This document shows, piece after piece, positions 39,674 to 54,708 of a stretch of DNA of 64,000 nt (the stretch's first letter is position 1; each line of letters starts with the position of its first letter). Source of the DNA: an uncultured bacterium (lineage in GTDB: Bacteria > Chloroflexota > UBA5177 > JANWHV01); contig CAWHAE010000016.1 in assembly GCA_963827235.1 (NCBI GenBank), positions 352,001 through 416,000 on the forward strand, written 5' to 3'. The translations under genes were made by a program, and so were the position numbers. Under the pieces are notes generated by a model. That model worked only from the letters and a program-made list of their open reading frames with translations. It did not search any database and was not told the origin of the DNA.

Positions 39674-40459
39674 GTGCCCACTAGCCTACCCGCCCGGGAC
39701 GCGGACACTTACGCGCGCATAAAGGATGCCTGGGATCGTAGTGCATCCTCGTACGATCGGCTACCGGGACACGGGCTGCTCTCTCACCCCGAACGGCAGG
39801 CCTGGTCCGCTGTGCTGGCGCGGGCTCTCGGCCCGGCGCCGGACGGCGGCATGCGTATCCTCGATGCCGGCACGGGCACAGGTGCGATGGCCGTGCTGCT
39901 CGCCGAGATGGGTCACAAGGTGACCGGCATCGACCTGTCCGCCGCCATGCTCGACGCGGCGCGGAGTAAAGCCCGCCGATCCGGACTGGACGTTACCTTC
40001 CTGGAGGCGAATGCCGCGGTCCTGCCGTTCGACGACGAGTCGTTCGATGTCGTATTCTCCCGGCACCTGTTTTGGACGCTCCCATCACCGATCAGGACCC
40101 TGCGCGAATGGAAACGAGTCGCTCGTCCCGGCGGCCTAGTAGCCGTCGCGGACGGGTGGTGGAACGAGCCTACGGGTACCATGAGACGCCGCCGGGCCGT
40201 CGGCGCCGTGATGCGCCGCCTGCTGGGCCGCGGTCGTGAGGACCACTATGGATACGAAGCCCTTCACAGCAGGCTACCCGTGTCGGGTGGCGTGTCTCCA
40301 TACAGCATTCGCTTCTACTTCGATCAGGCGGGCCTGAGTCGCCTGACGGTGACCGACCTGAAGCATGTGCGTGCCGCCGAGCGGCGATCGCTGCCACCGT
40401 GGTACTGGATTGACCGGGCACGCTACACCTGGCTGGCGACAGGTCGCAAGACGGACTGA
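39674..40459 (+). CDS. Class I SAM-dependent methyltransferase
   Basis: ILDAGTGTG, GIDLS, LPFDDESFDVV, RPGG. Confidence 0.92.
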   Translation: MPTSLPARDADTYARIKDAWDRSASSYDRLPGHGLLSHPERQAWSAVLARALGPAPDGGMRILDAGTGTGAMAVLLAEMGHKVTGIDLSAAMLDAARSKARRSGLDVTFLEANAAVLPFDDESFDVVFSRHLFWTLPSPIRTLREWKRVARPGGLVAVADGWWNEPTGTMRRRRAVGAVMRRLLGRGREDHYGYEALHSRLPVSGGVSPYSIRFYFDQAGLSRLTVTDLKHVRAAERRSLPPWYWIDRARYTWLATGRKTD

Positions 40460-40502
40460 GCGCCGCGTCCGGCCACACCGTCGTCCGACGCGACCTCGAC
40501 CG

Positions 40503-41225
40503 TCACGGCGGCAGAAGAAGCCGCGAGCACGATGGGCACGAAGGCACTCCGGTGCCAAGTCGAAGCAGCTGCATGGCCTCGCCCGGGACCGCCCGGTGAC
40601 AGTGCGAGCACTCACCGGCCACAGCGGTCGCGAATGGGTGGCCGCCGGTGGACGGATAGAGCTGGCGATACCGCTCGCGGAGGCCGGCCGGCAAGAGCTT
40701 TGCCGCCTCGCGACGTGCCGCGTCTATCGCCGACAGCCTCTGCTCCGAGTCGTGGACTTCTCGCTCCGCCCTGGTCCGGCGCGCCCGGGCGCCGACCTCT
40801 TCGGTGTTGAGGGATGCGCGAGCAGCATCGAGAGCCGCCTGGGCTGTCTCCTCATCGCTCGACGTTTGGAGCCAGCCGGTCTCGCTGTCCGAGATAAGCG
40901 TACCGAGTGTGGCAATCTCGTGCTGGACCGCCTCGATCTCGCGACTGTTCTGCAACCGACCCGAAGCCAGGCGCGTCTCAGCCCGCAGCTTACGTGACTT
41001 GGCGTCGTCGATCGTATCTTCGGTCATCCTGCGTAGCTCTTGAAGGTCGGCAACTTTCCGCTCGGCTTCAATCGTCGCCGCGCGGGCGCGTTCCAGCCGA
41101 TCGTCGTGTTCCGCCAGGTGCTTCGCATGCGCGATCGCGGAAATGATGCCCACTCGCTCACGGTCGCTGTGCTCTAGCTGCCGAAGAGCGTCCCACAGGG
41201 CGGCAGGAAGTGCGGTGTCCGGCAT
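40503..41225 (-). CDS. Coiled-coil protein with C4 zinc ribbon (DUF164/CT398-like)
   Basis: Long coiled coil, REIEAVQHEI, CSHC..CPSCSRLL. Confidence 0.85.
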   Translation of the reverse strand: MPDTALPAALWDALRQLEHSDRERVGIISAIAHAKHLAEHDDRLERARAATIEAERKVADLQELRRMTEDTIDDAKSRKLRAETRLASGRLQNSREIEAVQHEIATLGTLISDSETGWLQTSSDEETAQAALDAARASLNTEEVGARARRTRAEREVHDSEQRLSAIDAARREAAKLLPAGLRERYRQLYPSTGGHPFATAVAGECSHCHRAVPGEAMQLLRLGTGVPSCPSCSRLLLPP

Positions 41226-41303
41226 CAGCTCACGAGCGCCAGGACAACTGGACGCGGCATCCCATGCAGAGCGCCGCGCGACGAACCTCCGTGCATCGAG
41301 AGG

Positions 41304-41432
41304 CTACTCAGTCGGCTCGTTTGCCGTCTCCTTCACGCGGCTCTGGATGATCGGCGCTGCCTTCTCTTTCTTCTTGTTGGCCGATGTCTTCGGCTTGCGG
41401 ACTTCCTTGTGGCCCTTGTCTTTCGAGCCCAT
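41304..41432 (-). CDS. Small Lys-rich protein (42 aa)
   Basis: GAAGGGAG RBS; MGSKDKGHKEVRKPKTSANKKKEKAAPIIQSRVKETANEPTE. Confidence 0.65.
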   Translation of the reverse strand: MGSKDKGHKEVRKPKTSANKKKEKAAPIIQSRVKETANEPTE

Positions 41433-41685
41433 GCTGGTGCTCCCTTCAGGTGAACCGCCCCCGAGATAGAAGTGTACGCGCTTTGCTGGGTTCGATGCGA
41501 GTGCCTGCGTGTACAAGAGCTCGCCAGGCCGGTAGATCGGAAGCCAACGGAGCTCGGCAGCATTAAGCGAGCCCGGCCATAGCCGCACGCTCGCGATATC
41601 TGGTCGACTGCAGGACATCCAGGCAGACTAAAGACAGAATTATCAACCAGTAATCCCCGAGCGATTGAGGAGGGGCAACACTGCG

Positions 41686-42738
41686 ATGCGGGCTATGCGA
41701 CTGCCCTGGTGGTCCTTCGTTTCACAGGCGCGCGACGGTGAGGTCAGCGAGCCCGGCGCGGCGATCGTGAAGGTGCTTCGATGGTTAGCGGTCGTGGCAT
41801 CGGTCGGCATGTGCCTGGTGCTGCAACAGGGAACGCTGGTCACCAATTCCGGCTCGGCGGCGGGATGCGGCAACACCTGGCCGCTCTGCCATGGCAAGAT
41901 CCTCCCGGAATTCAGCGGTGTGGGCGGCGCGGCTACCGCGATCGAATTCAGCCATCGCGCGGCCGTACCCGTTGAGAGCACGCTGGTCATCGCACTCGCA
42001 GCTGGCCTGCTCTGGGTATGGCGTCGCCGTCGCGAAGCCATGGTGCTTGCGCCGGCGATGATCTTCTTCCTCTTCCTGCAAGCGGTGCTGGGCGCTATGG
42101 CCGTCGCCTGGCCAACGTCGGCGGAAGTGCTTGCCGCGCACTTCGGTATCTCGCTGCTCGCTTTCGCGAGCATCGCCCTGGCGACGGCGTTCATCTGGGA
42201 GCTCAACGGCGCCGAAGTGTTGAGGGATCGGCCGTTGCCCAGCGGCATTCGCTGGGCTATCCGGGGGTTGCTGGTCTACACTTATGGCGTCGTCTACCTC
42301 GGAGCCTACGTACGCCACGTTGGTGCGAGTCTTTCCTGCCTCGACTGGCCGCTCTGTAATGGCCGGGTCGTTCCCCGCTTCGTGGGTGGAGTCGCCGCGC
42401 AGTTCAGTCACCGGGTAGGCGCCGGCCTGCTCGTCCTGGTCATTGCCGGCCTGTTCTTCGCACTCTACCGGGTGCGAGACCAACGTCCCGACCTTTTCAG
42501 AGCGGGAGCGGCATGCGTGGTGCTCGTCGTTCTCCAGGCACTGAGCGGTGCCCTGGTGGTTGAGACCCGCATCTCCGTCGTGAGCACGTTGGTACACGCT
42601 TTGCTGGTGAGCCTGCTATTCGTCGTGGAGGCCTACATGTGGCTTCACACCATCGAGCGCCCGGCCTCAGCGAGGTCGAATACCGCGGTTGGCTTGCGGA
42701 CGGCCGCCAAGCGCGAGCCGCGCCCTGCCGGCGCCTGA
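41686..42738 (+). CDS. ctaA: Heme A synthase (COX15/CtaA)
   Basis: GCGNTWPLCHG, IEFSHR, AHFG, SCLDWPLCNG, FSHR, TLVH. Confidence 0.93.
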   Translation: MRAMRLPWWSFVSQARDGEVSEPGAAIVKVLRWLAVVASVGMCLVLQQGTLVTNSGSAAGCGNTWPLCHGKILPEFSGVGGAATAIEFSHRAAVPVESTLVIALAAGLLWVWRRRREAMVLAPAMIFFLFLQAVLGAMAVAWPTSAEVLAAHFGISLLAFASIALATAFIWELNGAEVLRDRPLPSGIRWAIRGLLVYTYGVVYLGAYVRHVGASLSCLDWPLCNGRVVPRFVGGVAAQFSHRVGAGLLVLVIAGLFFALYRVRDQRPDLFRAGAACVVLVVLQALSGALVVETRISVVSTLVHALLVSLLFVVEAYMWLHTIERPASARSNTAVGLRTAAKREPRPAGA

Positions 42739-43001
42739 GGGCGTTGTGTTCCCGGAGCGCGAGGGGTGACATGGCCGGCGCCGCCCGGAATGCAAGGGCC
42801 GCTGAAACCGGGAACTGGCCGCATCTCTTGGCGGGAGTGGCTGGAGATGCTGCGATCGATTTCGGGTTCGAAAGCCGCGCGATCTCGTCGATTTCCCGTC
42901 TTCCGGGGTCGAGGTCTATATGCTACCTTGTATGGGATTACTCGTTGGCCGGGCAGGGAGCCGGGTCATGATACACAATTCGTCACGAGTTCTGATGAGT
43001 G

Positions 43002-43031
43002 GAGGCGCTTCGTAGGGGCGCCTCTTCTCTT
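43002..43031 (+). terminator. Intrinsic terminator-like hairpin upstream of the MBL-pyrG-priA operon
   Basis: GAGGCGCT-loop-GGCGCCTC followed by TTCTCTT. Confidence 0.55.
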
Positions 43032-43076
43032 ATGCGCTTGTTTTCGAACAGCGCCCGAAGTCCTTGGGAGACACAC

Positions 43077-47960
<4,884 letters not shown>

Positions 47961-48061
47961 TCGCCGGGTAGCCGCGGTGCCACGGCTTCTTGCCTGGGCA
48001 TGACCGCGTTGTTCACGGACGGTTGCCGCGAAATGCTTCCAGGCCGTAAAATGGCGGCACC

Positions 48062-48568
48062 ATGGCAGTACGAGAAACGTCCACAGCACCGAAGCAGAAG
48101 CCGCAGGATTCCACGGTAGCGGGAAACCGGCGCGCTTATCACGACTATTTCATCGACGAGACGATGGAGGCCGGCCTTGTGCTCACCGGCACTGAGGTTA
48201 AGTCGGTCAGGGCCGGACGGGTGAACCTGCGCGAGGCTTACGCGCGCGTCGACAGAGGTGAGGCGTGGCTCTGGAACGCGCACATCTCGCCGTATGACCA
48301 CGGCAACCGTTTCAATCACGATCCGCAGCGCACGCGGAAGCTCCTCATGCACCGCTCGGAGATCTCGCGCCTCAACACGACGATCAAGAAGAAGGGCTAC
48401 ACCCTGGTGCCGCTGCGCATCTACTTTCGCCACAACGTCGCCAAGGTCGAGCTCGGACTGGCGCGAGGCAAGAAGCTCTACGACAAGCGGGATTCAATTG
48501 CCGAACGCGACGCGAAGCGAGACATCGAACGCGCCATACGAGGGCGGACAACAGGTCGCGACGACTGA
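48062..48568 (+). CDS. smpB: SsrA-binding protein
   Basis: [35 protein letters not shown]. Confidence 0.98.
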   Translation: MAVRETSTAPKQKPQDSTVAGNRRAYHDYFIDETMEAGLVLTGTEVKSVRAGRVNLREAYARVDRGEAWLWNAHISPYDHGNRFNHDPQRTRKLLMHRSEISRLNTTIKKKGYTLVPLRIYFRHNVAKVELGLARGKKLYDKRDSIAERDAKRDIERAIRGRTTGRDD

Positions 48569-48669
48569 CGCCGGGATGCGCCGCGACACGCACGGTCCGG
48601 TGGACTGACCTTCGCGTCTCTTCGCCTGGACAAACGGCTCCGGCGCCGACAACACTGAGGCCGGAGGAA

Positions 48670-49560
48670 ATGCTCGTGCCGGGTATAACCGGAATCGACC
48701 ATGTGATTATCGCCGTCCAAGACTTGCCGTCCGCCGCCGCACTCTTCGCGGGCGTACTAGGCTTTCATGCCGGCGGGGGCGGCATACACCCCCAATTCGG
48801 CACGGCGAATCGCATCATCGTGGTAGGCGATGAGTATATCGAGCTGCTCGCCGCGCAGCCGGGAGAGCGACCGCGCGGATTGGTCGGCGGCGTGCTGGAC
48901 GGCGGTGAAGGGAACCTGGCCTGTATCCTCGCCGTTGCCGATCCGGCGGCCTTCGCGACTGAAGCGCGCGCCCGTGGTCTGGACGTAGCGGGACCGGCAG
49001 CCGGCAAACTCGATGCAGCCGGCGGCTTCAGCCGGGGCTGGCAAACCGTCATGCTCCCGCCGGGCGCTCTGCCCGGGGTGCCGTTTGTCATCCGGCACGA
49101 CACGGCAGGCGATGAGCGCCGGCGATTGCTTGCCGGTCCTCAGGGCCTGGCGCCACACGCCAACGCCGCCCGACGGGTTGCTGCCGTTACCATGGCAGTC
49201 AAGGACTGCCGCGCAAGCTGGAGCGCCGTCCGCGACCTGATCGGCGTCGAAGCCTGCATGGACGGGCGCGACCGGATGCTCGCTGCCGACACCATCACCC
49301 TGACGCTGCAGTCCGGCGCCACGATTGTGCTCGCTTCTCCCGTCGAGCCGGGTGCCGGCCCCGTAGCCGCACTCCTGGCCCAGCGCGGCGAGTCAGCGCT
49401 CTCGGTCACCATCGCGGTAGACGGGCTTCCCGGCGTTGTAGCCATGTTGCGGGGTCGAGGCGTCGGTGTACGAGTGGAGGAGCCCGGCGGGGTACTCGTG
49501 GCTGCTCAGCTGAATCAGCGCCACACCCTTGGCGCGCGCATTGGGCTCATCGGCGCCTGA
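48670..49560 (+). CDS. VOC/glyoxalase-like family protein
   Basis: IDHVIIAVQDL, GGGIHPQFGTANRII, YIELL. Confidence 0.88.
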   Translation: MLVPGITGIDHVIIAVQDLPSAAALFAGVLGFHAGGGGIHPQFGTANRIIVVGDEYIELLAAQPGERPRGLVGGVLDGGEGNLACILAVADPAAFATEARARGLDVAGPAAGKLDAAGGFSRGWQTVMLPPGALPGVPFVIRHDTAGDERRRLLAGPQGLAPHANAARRVAAVTMAVKDCRASWSAVRDLIGVEACMDGRDRMLAADTITLTLQSGATIVLASPVEPGAGPVAALLAQRGESALSVTIAVDGLPGVVAMLRGRGVGVRVEEPGGVLVAAQLNQRHTLGARIGLIGA

Positions 49561-49571
49561 GATCGGCTGAC

Positions 49572-51173
49572 TCAGCTCTCGGTGAGTGACGTGCGCGGCA
49601 GCCATCCCTCGATACGCGACGCGGGTACGGCCACGTGGGCCCAGTGCGGCGTAAGGCTCAGCACGATCACGGGTGTGGCCCAAGATACGTGCGAGACCAC
49701 TTTGAAGCTGTTGCCAGGCCCGGCTCGCAGCGATACCGTGCTCACGGCAAGGCGAGCGTTGGCAGGCAGTACGGACTTCGCGGGCTTCACCGCGCCGGGG
49801 TAGCGGCCTGCCGTGGTCACGCTGGGCTTCATGTTGGTGTAGGACCTGGCTACCCACCCGGTGGTGTCGCCCGGCAGAATCACTGCCGCCCAGTGCGGGC
49901 TCACCTTAACGAGCTGCATCGACGTACCGCGATACACCGACCCAACCACCGGGTACCGCAGCCCAGGGCCTGAACGCACGTGGAGCACCTCGGCTTCGGC
50001 GACGATACTGACTCCGCCCCCGAGCGGCCGCGTCTGGCCCGGCTTCGCCAGGTAGCGGGAAAGCACCCAGCCGCTTGTTCCTTCTCGCGTCGATACCTGG
50101 GTCCAGTGCGCGGTGCGCGCGCGTACCGACACCAGGTCGCCGTCGAAGCAGAGCCCAAGCACCGGCTTGTTCTGGCCGGGACCGGCGTGTATGTGCAGGC
50201 CGTCGGCTCCAACCGTAGCCACCGGTCCGTGCGGAGGCCACGGTGAATCCCAGTAGCCGTATCCCGACACCCAGTCGCGGTTGACCCAGCCCTTCACCTG
50301 TTGCGGCAGCGCCACGTTGAGCCACTGCCCGCTCGCCTTCAGGAAGCCAAGCTTCGCTCCCCGCAAGGCGACGCCAAGAGTTCGATAGCTCGTGCTGGGG
50401 CCGGCACGCACGTTGAGCCCATTGTCGACGTCGACCACCACGTAGTGCTTGTACTCGGCCAGAAATGCATGCAGCACGGAGTCGGCCTCTGCAGGCCACT
50501 CGGGAATTGCCTGCCCGCCCGGCGTGATCAGCACGAGCGGATTGATCGAGTGCGCCGCCACGAATGCGAGCGGATCGAAGAACGGCGCGATCAATGCCTG
50601 ATTGCCGAACGTGTAGCCCGGGCCGCCACCATCGAAAGTCTTGATCTCAAAGTGCAGGTGCGCGCCGTTGGCGAACCCGGTCGCCCCTACCAGCCCAAGG
50701 ATCTGGCCCTGGCTGACAGTCTCACCGGCGTAGACCTGAAGGCTCCCGTACTGCATGTGCTCGTACTGTGAGTACACATAGGAGCCGCTCGGCAGGAGGT
50801 GACGAATCCGGACCGTAACGCCGTAGCCGCTGTCATATTGTGCCTCGGTAACAACGCCTGCTGCCGTGGCATGGACGTTGGCGTCGGTGCCGTCGCTGGC
50901 GAGGTCCACTCCAGTATGCCCGCAGTAGTACAGGCCATAATCGTAGTAGCCCTGGTTGAGCGACGGGTCACATGAATCGTTGAAGCCCTGCGTGATGTAG
51001 TACCCGTTTCCGTTCGATTTACTCCAGGTGGGCGCCACGTCGGCATTCCCGACCGGATAGATGAAGGTGGTAGCTACCGGGTCAGACTGAATGGTGCGCG
51101 CATCCGCCAGCGCTGGGCTCAAGCACGTGGTGAGGCACACCGAGACCACCAGCAACAGCCCTCGAGCGAACAC
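49572..51173 (-). CDS. Secreted M23 peptidase with four bacterial SH3 domains
   Basis: Signal peptide; HTGVD and HLHFE; SH3 repeats LNVRAGPS, LHIHAGPG, LHVRSGPG, VSLRAGPG; promoter TTGACT-17-TACAGT at 51253-51225. Confidence 0.9.
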   Translation of the reverse strand: MFARGLLLVVSVCLTTCLSPALADARTIQSDPVATTFIYPVGNADVAPTWSKSNGNGYYITQGFNDSCDPSLNQGYYDYGLYYCGHTGVDLASDGTDANVHATAAGVVTEAQYDSGYGVTVRIRHLLPSGSYVYSQYEHMQYGSLQVYAGETVSQGQILGLVGATGFANGAHLHFEIKTFDGGGPGYTFGNQALIAPFFDPLAFVAAHSINPLVLITPGGQAIPEWPAEADSVLHAFLAEYKHYVVVDVDNGLNVRAGPSTSYRTLGVALRGAKLGFLKASGQWLNVALPQQVKGWVNRDWVSGYGYWDSPWPPHGPVATVGADGLHIHAGPGQNKPVLGLCFDGDLVSVRARTAHWTQVSTREGTSGWVLSRYLAKPGQTRPLGGGVSIVAEAEVLHVRSGPGLRYPVVGSVYRGTSMQLVKVSPHWAAVILPGDTTGWVARSYTNMKPSVTTAGRYPGAVKPAKSVLPANARLAVSTVSLRAGPGNSFKVVSHVSWATPVIVLSLTPHWAHVAVPASRIEGWLPRTSLTES

Positions 51174-51553
51174 CACCTGCCTCCTCAGATACTCTGGATC
51201 GCGCCGAGCGCACGACCCCCCGCAACTGTAGCAGCGAGCTTGGCGGCAGTCAACGACGCTATTCACAGGCTGACCGTGCAACGGAATGTGAAATTGACAA
51301 CGGCGGAGCCGGTTGGTAGGTTGGGTGTATCGCCAGTTTCAAGCCGTCGCGGCGGCGGCCGTTCGCGCGTGGGGCGGGTTAGGGAGGCGCGGGCAGGCTG
51401 GCCGACCCGTTACGGACTTAGGCACATGGCGCCGTTCGGTGCATATCCGGCGAGACGGGATCATGTCGGCATGGAAGAATTGGGATCTACGGACATGCGG
51501 GCATGCGAATTCACAGATCGCACGTGCAGCGACCGGGGGGTGAGCCGATCCTA

Positions 51554-51582
51554 TTGACAAGGCAGAGACTCGGACATACGAT
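51554..51582 (+). promoter_or_regulatory. Sigma-70 promoter
   Basis: TTGACA-17 nt-TACGAT. Confidence 0.7.
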
Positions 51583-51666
51583 TGCGGGGCTGATAGCCTT
51601 GCTGAGCTCGTGCAGTGAACCTGGCGGCTGTGCGTGGCCGATCGGCGACAAATGGAGTCCTCGAAC

Positions 51667-51837
51667 ATGGTAAACGACCTGATATCGTACTTCGCGTCGT
51701 TCAACCCATTCATCTTCGGAACCGCATTTTCTCTCGGCTTTATGATATTGGTGAGAACACCGGACAGGCTGTGGCGAGCAGCATCGGGTATTCAGGAGTC
51801 GACCGCCGTAAGGTCTCTGCTGCGGCGAAATAGATGA
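51667..51837 (+). CDS. Small single-TM protein (56 aa)
   Basis: MVNDLISYFASFNPFIFGTAFSLGFMILVRTPDRLW..; GGAG RBS; ATGA overlap with the next gene. Confidence 0.55.
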   Translation: MVNDLISYFASFNPFIFGTAFSLGFMILVRTPDRLWRAASGIQESTAVRSLLRRNR

Positions 51838-52274
51838 ACCCGGCTGAGGGTAAGAGTGTCGGAAACGTGAGTCAGAAACCATATCGTGTCCTCGTCGTGG
51901 ACGACGAGCCCGACCTCGTGGTGCTTCTGGAAGAACACCTGACGCACGAGGGGTACGAGGTTGTGAGTGCTACCAGCGGCATGCAGGCTATATCCAGGGC
52001 ACGGGAGGATCATCCCGACGTCATACTGCTCGACGTCATGATGCCGGGAGTCAGCGGCTTCGATGTGTGCAACATTCTGCAGGACTACCCTGACACCGCT
52101 AGCATCCCGGTGATCTTCCTCACCGCGGTGGCGGAGACGAAGCGGAAAGTGATGGGCCTGAACCTCGGAGCCGACGACTACATCACCAAGCCGTTCGACC
52201 TCCACGAGCTGGCTGCCAGGGTGCAGGCGGCCCTCCGACCGCGCATGCAGGACGTCGAGGAGAGCCCTCAGTAG
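51834..52274 (+). CDS. Single-domain response regulator (receiver only)
   Basis: VLVVDDE, LLDVMMP, FLTA, GADDYITKPF; no output domain. Confidence 0.92.
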   Translation: MNPAEGKSVGNVSQKPYRVLVVDDEPDLVVLLEEHLTHEGYEVVSATSGMQAISRAREDHPDVILLDVMMPGVSGFDVCNILQDYPDTASIPVIFLTAVAETKRKVMGLNLGADDYITKPFDLHELAARVQAALRPRMQDVEESPQ

Positions 52275-52547
52275 CCCACACGCGCGGCCTCGCATAGGCG
52301 AGGTCCCGACCTCGGGCCACAGTGCCATTGCGTCTCCTCGAGCGGCACAGCCGGCCGCCCCGCGACCGCTTGGTGCCTCCGATCGCAGATCTTCAGCTGG
52401 CCGGGCCCGCCACAACCCGAAGTGAGGCATCCACGCCCGGGCCGTGTCCTGGATCGCTCGCGAGAAGGTTGTCGCGCATGAATATGGCCGGCCGGTGCAA
52501 CAACTGTGCTGACACCGGTGCGCTGTTCTGCTACAGTACATCTCGCC

Positions 52548-54569
52548 ATGCTGACAGCCGAGAGACGGACAGCAAGCCAGAGAGCAATGGCGTGGCGTGC
52601 CACAACGGCAGCCGCGCGTCATCGACGTGCCTACTTCGAGGAGCTTTCGCTTTTCGCGCTGCTCCTCCCCCTGATCGTAGGAGCAGCCGTCGTCCTGGAG
52701 CTGCAGCGAGAACAGCAGCGGGGCTCGGCCGACCTGGCCCTACTGGGAGCGACGATTGCTTGTGCGGCCGGACTGATCTCTCGTATTGACTGGCGTCGCC
52801 GGGAGCGCCCGCCCTTGGCCCTCGTGCGCATTGCCCGCACGATTCGGCCGGGACTTCCCGCCCTGGCAGCGGTCGCACTTTCCACCATGGCCGCCGTGCT
52901 CACGGCGTTCTCGACCGGCGCTGTGCTGGCGACACTTGCCTGGATCGGCGGAATGGTTTTCTTGCTCGCCTATGCCGTGGTGCTCGAGCGTCCGAAACTG
53001 CACTGGCCCACACCCATCGATGCCGTGAGCATCTTCGGGCTCGTCGTGCTGGCCCTGGCCCTTCGTTTGCCGCATCTCACGACTCTGCCATCATTCATAC
53101 ATTCCGACGAGGCCCAGATGGGTCTGAAGACACGTCTGGCATTCGAGGGCGGTATGCCCACTATTTTCGGCACGACGGACTGGTGGAGCGTGCCCTGGCT
53201 CGGACCCGCACTGCAGGCACCGCTCCTGCTGTTCTTCGGTGACGGGTTAACGGCCATCCGCACGGCCTCGGTGATCTGCGGTGTGCTGGCCACAGCCGGA
53301 ATCTGGTTCCTTGGATCAGAGATGTGGTCGAGGAGGGCCGGCTTCGTGGCTGCGCTGCTCTTCGCGGTGATGGCTCCCAGCGTGCAGTTCAGCCGGGACG
53401 GCGTCCACTACATGCAGAGCATCGCCGCGCTCGTCTGGACGGTGTTGTGCTACACGAGGGCTACCAAGCGGTATTCGGGCGCCTACGCGGCCCTTACGGG
53501 CATTCTGGTGGGCGTAGACGTCCAGCTCTACTACGCCGCCCGGCTCGCCGTGCCGTTGATCATGGTGCACGCAGCGGTTAGGGCACTTGTCGAGCGCGGG
53601 CTGCTCAGGAACTGGATCAGGCTCATGCTGTGGACCGGGCTGGGAGTGCTGGTCACGTTCCTACCGATGGCCATGTACTATGTCATGCATCCTGCTGCCT
53701 TCGGTCAGCGTACCGACGCCGTCTTCATCTTTTCCTCCGCCGCGCTTGCCAAGGGTGCCATGTTGAACGACTACGGGCACGCCGGCTGGCTCGACATTCT
53801 GTTGCGGCAGGCACAGCGCGTCGTGCTTGGCTTCCTATCGATCGGAGATAGAAGCGATCAGTACGGGGCTCGCTCCGCGTTGCTCGACCCGGTGACCGCC
53901 GCGATGGTGCCCGCCGCGGTCGCGCTGGCCATCGCGCGCGCCAAGCAGTCGCCCTGGCTGCTCTGTGTGTCCTGGGCCGCGATCACCCTCGTGCTGGGCG
54001 GCATACTCACGACCTACCAGCCTGACGCGCCGCGACTTCTGCCTGCGCTCCCGGCAGTCTGCCTGCTGATTGGCGGACTGGCGCACACGGTGCTCGACAC
54101 CGCAGGCCAAACGGGTCTGCGCGACGCCAAGCCACTGCTGGCGATCGCCCTCGCAGGAGCGCTCGTGGCCGCGGGATCCATGAATGCGACGGCCTACATT
54201 CAGGAATATCCGGCCCAGGTGGCCGACCAGCAGGTCACATTGATCACCGACGTGGCGCGCTTCCTGAGCGCCGAGCCCGGCGGCCGACCCGTCATTCTCT
54301 ACGACCACCGCGAATTCTATCTTGGCCACTGGACCATCCAGCTGCTGGCTCCTCAGGTGACGGGAACGACCGTGTGGACGGACAACCAACTCGAATCTGC
54401 GCTGGCACGCCAGCGCCAAGGTTTCATGGTCATGGCGGTCGATGAGCCGGGCGCTGATCTGGCGCGTGTGGAGGCCGAATATCCCGGCGGTGCCGTGCAG
54501 AGACCGGCTATCCACGACGGCCGGCACTCCGTAGTCACATACCTCTACCTGGGAGACGGAATCTCGTAG
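52548..54569 (+). CDS. GT39/ArnT-like polytopic membrane glycosyltransferase
   Basis: Many TM helices; ALRLPHL..HSDE, FSR, YYAAR. Confidence 0.82.
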   Translation: MLTAERRTASQRAMAWRATTAAARHRRAYFEELSLFALLLPLIVGAAVVLELQREQQRGSADLALLGATIACAAGLISRIDWRRRERPPLALVRIARTIRPGLPALAAVALSTMAAVLTAFSTGAVLATLAWIGGMVFLLAYAVVLERPKLHWPTPIDAVSIFGLVVLALALRLPHLTTLPSFIHSDEAQMGLKTRLAFEGGMPTIFGTTDWWSVPWLGPALQAPLLLFFGDGLTAIRTASVICGVLATAGIWFLGSEMWSRRAGFVAALLFAVMAPSVQFSRDGVHYMQSIAALVWTVLCYTRATKRYSGAYAALTGILVGVDVQLYYAARLAVPLIMVHAAVRALVERGLLRNWIRLMLWTGLGVLVTFLPMAMYYVMHPAAFGQRTDAVFIFSSAALAKGAMLNDYGHAGWLDILLRQAQRVVLGFLSIGDRSDQYGARSALLDPVTAAMVPAAVALAIARAKQSPWLLCVSWAAITLVLGGILTTYQPDAPRLLPALPAVCLLIGGLAHTVLDTAGQTGLRDAKPLLAIALAGALVAAGSMNATAYIQEYPAQVADQQVTLITDVARFLSAEPGGRPVILYDHREFYLGHWTIQLLAPQVTGTTVWTDNQLESALARQRQGFMVMAVDEPGADLARVEAEYPGGAVQRPAIHDGRHSVVTYLYLGDGIS

Positions 54570-54708
54570 CCCTGCCTTCCCAGCGGCAGATGGATCTCAC
54601 GCTGCATTGGTTCCCCGGAGACCAGCTCAGCGGCTGGTAACCGGCTGTCGGAGACTCCGGCGTCAGTGTCGAGCTCGCGGCAGGCCTGCGCGCATGGGCT
54701 GCCGGACC

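Noticed and set aside
42992-43060. CTGATGAG hammerhead-like core
   Set aside because: No correctly placed GAAA or stem III; treated as part of the leader instead.
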